Shown in pieces: positions 53,360 through 54,552 of a stretch of 54,552 nucleotides of DNA. Location of the stretch: assembly GCA_034678415.1 (NCBI GenBank), contig JAXDBV010000015.1, positions 1 to 54,552 of the forward strand, written 5' to 3'. A model generated the notes under the pieces. That model was not told where the DNA came from. It did not search any database and saw nothing but the letters and a program-made list of their open reading frames with translations. Numbering within the stretch: position 1 is the first letter of the stretch; every line of letters begins with the position of its first letter. The position numbers and the translations under genes were made by a program. This DNA is from Bacteroidales bacterium. Lineage in GTDB: Bacteria > Bacteroidota > Bacteroidia > Bacteroidales > VadinHA17.

Positions 53360-54193
53360 ATGACAGAAAAGAATCTTGTTTACCGCGGAAAATCGAAGGA
53401 TGTTTACCACATTACCGAAGGGCCGTATACTGGCAAATACCGGTTTATATTTACCGACAGGGCCACCGGTTATATCGAAAACGGCAAGACGGTTTTTGAT
53501 CCGGGGTATGATACGGTGGTAGGCGACATTCCCGGCAAAGGGGCCATAGCCTGCCGGTTCGCCACGTATTTTTTCCGCTTGCTGAAAGATAAAGGCATCC
53601 CGTCCCACTACATTGATACGATCAGTGAAAATGAGATGGTTGTTGAACCGGCCCTTCCCTTGAGTATGCCTGACGAATCGGCCGGCTTTCCGGGTTCCGC
53701 CCCGTTGCTGAACCTCGAGTTCACTTGGCGGAACAATGCCACCGGCAGTTTCTGGAGGAGGTATCCTTTTGTGCGGCCGTGTAAAAATCTCCATAAGGTT
53801 GTTGAGGTATGGACAAAAGGCGACAGCGATATCCTCATCACGCTGGAAGCCCTGGAAGCTACCGGCGCAATGAACAGGCACGAGATTGATCAGAGTGTGG
53901 AGCTGGTGCAACAGATTGCCGAAATCGTTTCCCGGGAGTTTGCTTCAAAAAGCCTGCACGTGATTGATGGTAAGTTTGAACTGGGAAGGTTAAAATACGG
54001 CGACGGGAAAATCGTTCTTATCGACGAGATATCGCCCGACGTGTTGCGGGTATGCAAAGGATATTCTCCCGACAATCATGGCCACTGCACCGTTCACGAG
54101 CAATGTGCAGTGACCAACATTGCCGGTGGTAAAAGAACCATAAAAAACAGGAAACAGGTGCAGGCCGCCGATTTTATTACGATTTTTCTTTAA
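53360..54193 (+). CDS. Divergent SAICAR-synthase-like (PurC family) protein
   Basis: LVYRGKSKDVYHI (PurC N-terminal G-K-x-K motif), VIDGKFELG and VLIDEISPD (PurC C-terminal motifs). It has large insertions and an atypical Cys/His-rich tail. Confidence 0.65.
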   Translation: MTEKNLVYRGKSKDVYHITEGPYTGKYRFIFTDRATGYIENGKTVFDPGYDTVVGDIPGKGAIACRFATYFFRLLKDKGIPSHYIDTISENEMVVEPALPLSMPDESAGFPGSAPLLNLEFTWRNNATGSFWRRYPFVRPCKNLHKVVEVWTKGDSDILITLEALEATGAMNRHEIDQSVELVQQIAEIVSREFASKSLHVIDGKFELGRLKYGDGKIVLIDEISPDVLRVCKGYSPDNHGHCTVHEQCAVTNIAGGKRTIKNRKQVQAADFITIFL

Positions 54194-54307
54194 TACCTGC
54201 CTGTTGTTCGGATCGGTCGTTTCACAGGTTTTCCGGCATGACTTCCGTGGTGCAGAAGTGGATTCATTATGTAGATGATATCATTTATGTCGTAGTGTAG
54301 CGGTGTT

Positions 54308-54336
54308 CAGGTTAACGGCGGGTCACCTGTTTTTTT
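54308..54336 (+). terminator. Candidate Rho-independent terminator
   Basis: The short stem CAGGT / ACCTG has a 12-nt loop and is followed by a run of 7 T. It lies ~115 nt downstream of the PurC-like stop. Confidence 0.4.
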
Positions 54337-54378
54337 CCGTGACTTTTATTCATACGGACAACATTTCCCCTCATTTAT

Positions 54379-54509
54379 TTGGGGGAGGTGCAGGTTGTCA
54401 CGCCTTTTGCAGTGTACTCTCCACCCTTCCCCCGCACAGTACATCACCCCCATCCTCTTTTCGTTTCAGCGAGGTGAGGCAAAAGGCGCGCCAACCTGCC
54501 CCTCTCCCC
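54379..54509. repeat. Imperfect ~30-bp inverted repeat pair enclosing a C-rich ~70-nt core
   Basis: The left arm GGGGGAGGTGCAGGTTGTCACGCCTTTTGC (54381-54410) is matched against the reverse complement of GCAAAAGGCGCGCCAACCTGCCCCTCTCCCC (54479-54509). The GCAGGTTG and GCCTTTTGC blocks match exactly. Confidence 0.5.
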
Positions 54510-54552
54510 TCTCTGCAACCGTACCACACCCGCCTTCCATGCAGGGAAAAGA

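Noticed and set aside
1-54552. CRISPR arrays, tRNA, rRNA, tmRNA, intact transposases or integrases
   Set aside because: Reading all intergenic regions, I found no direct-repeat/spacer periodicity and no cloverleaf-like GTTCGAATC-type T-arm contexts. I also found no rRNA-like stretches and no intact recombinase or transposase ORF.

Overview
The window looks like a chromosomal segment of a Bacteroidota-type bacterium. Support: twelve exact TAnnTTTG '-7' promoter boxes sit upstream of genes, there are no Shine-Dalgarno sites at starts, the S16 protein is long, and SusC-like plug and HTCS-like sensor architectures are present. This taxon call is an inference.

Positions 1-34.6 kb are G+C-rich core genes. 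They are hppA (open at the window edge, so absent from the ORF track), an S9 peptidase, dapD, a GT4 glycosyltransferase, tsaC, rimM-rpsP, dnaE, trxA, a LOG-family gene, ribD, prmC-recX-prfB, mutA/mutB, mpl and galM.

Positions ~34.6-50.9 kb are a clearly lower-G+C, all-plus-strand accessory stretch. Hand counts on sampled 60-nt lines give 18/60, 23/60 and 25/60 G+C there, versus 37/60 and 41/60 in the core. This stretch carries poorly characterised genes: two tandem DUF488 genes, a C69 dipeptidase, a CE4-like deacetylase, an ATP-grasp/PHP pair, a MORN/YwqK-like gene, an LCMT-like methyltransferase, GNAT-YoaP, DUF4256, a GH43-like gene and AraC/GyrI. It also carries at least four decayed genes, one of them a possible integrase relic.

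I found no rRNA, tRNA, CRISPR array, intact transposase or intact integrase.

The candidates most worth follow-up are:
- a secreted TPR-caspase (C14) gene co-transcribed with a beta-propeller/Y_Y_Y sensor fused to a PP2C (SpoIIE) phosphatase;
- the orphan deacetylase / ATP-grasp / PHP cassette;
- the translationally coupled DUF488 pair at the island edge.

None of these can be shown to be a new system from sequence alone. The prfB programmed +1 frameshift is clearly present, but it is textbook biology.
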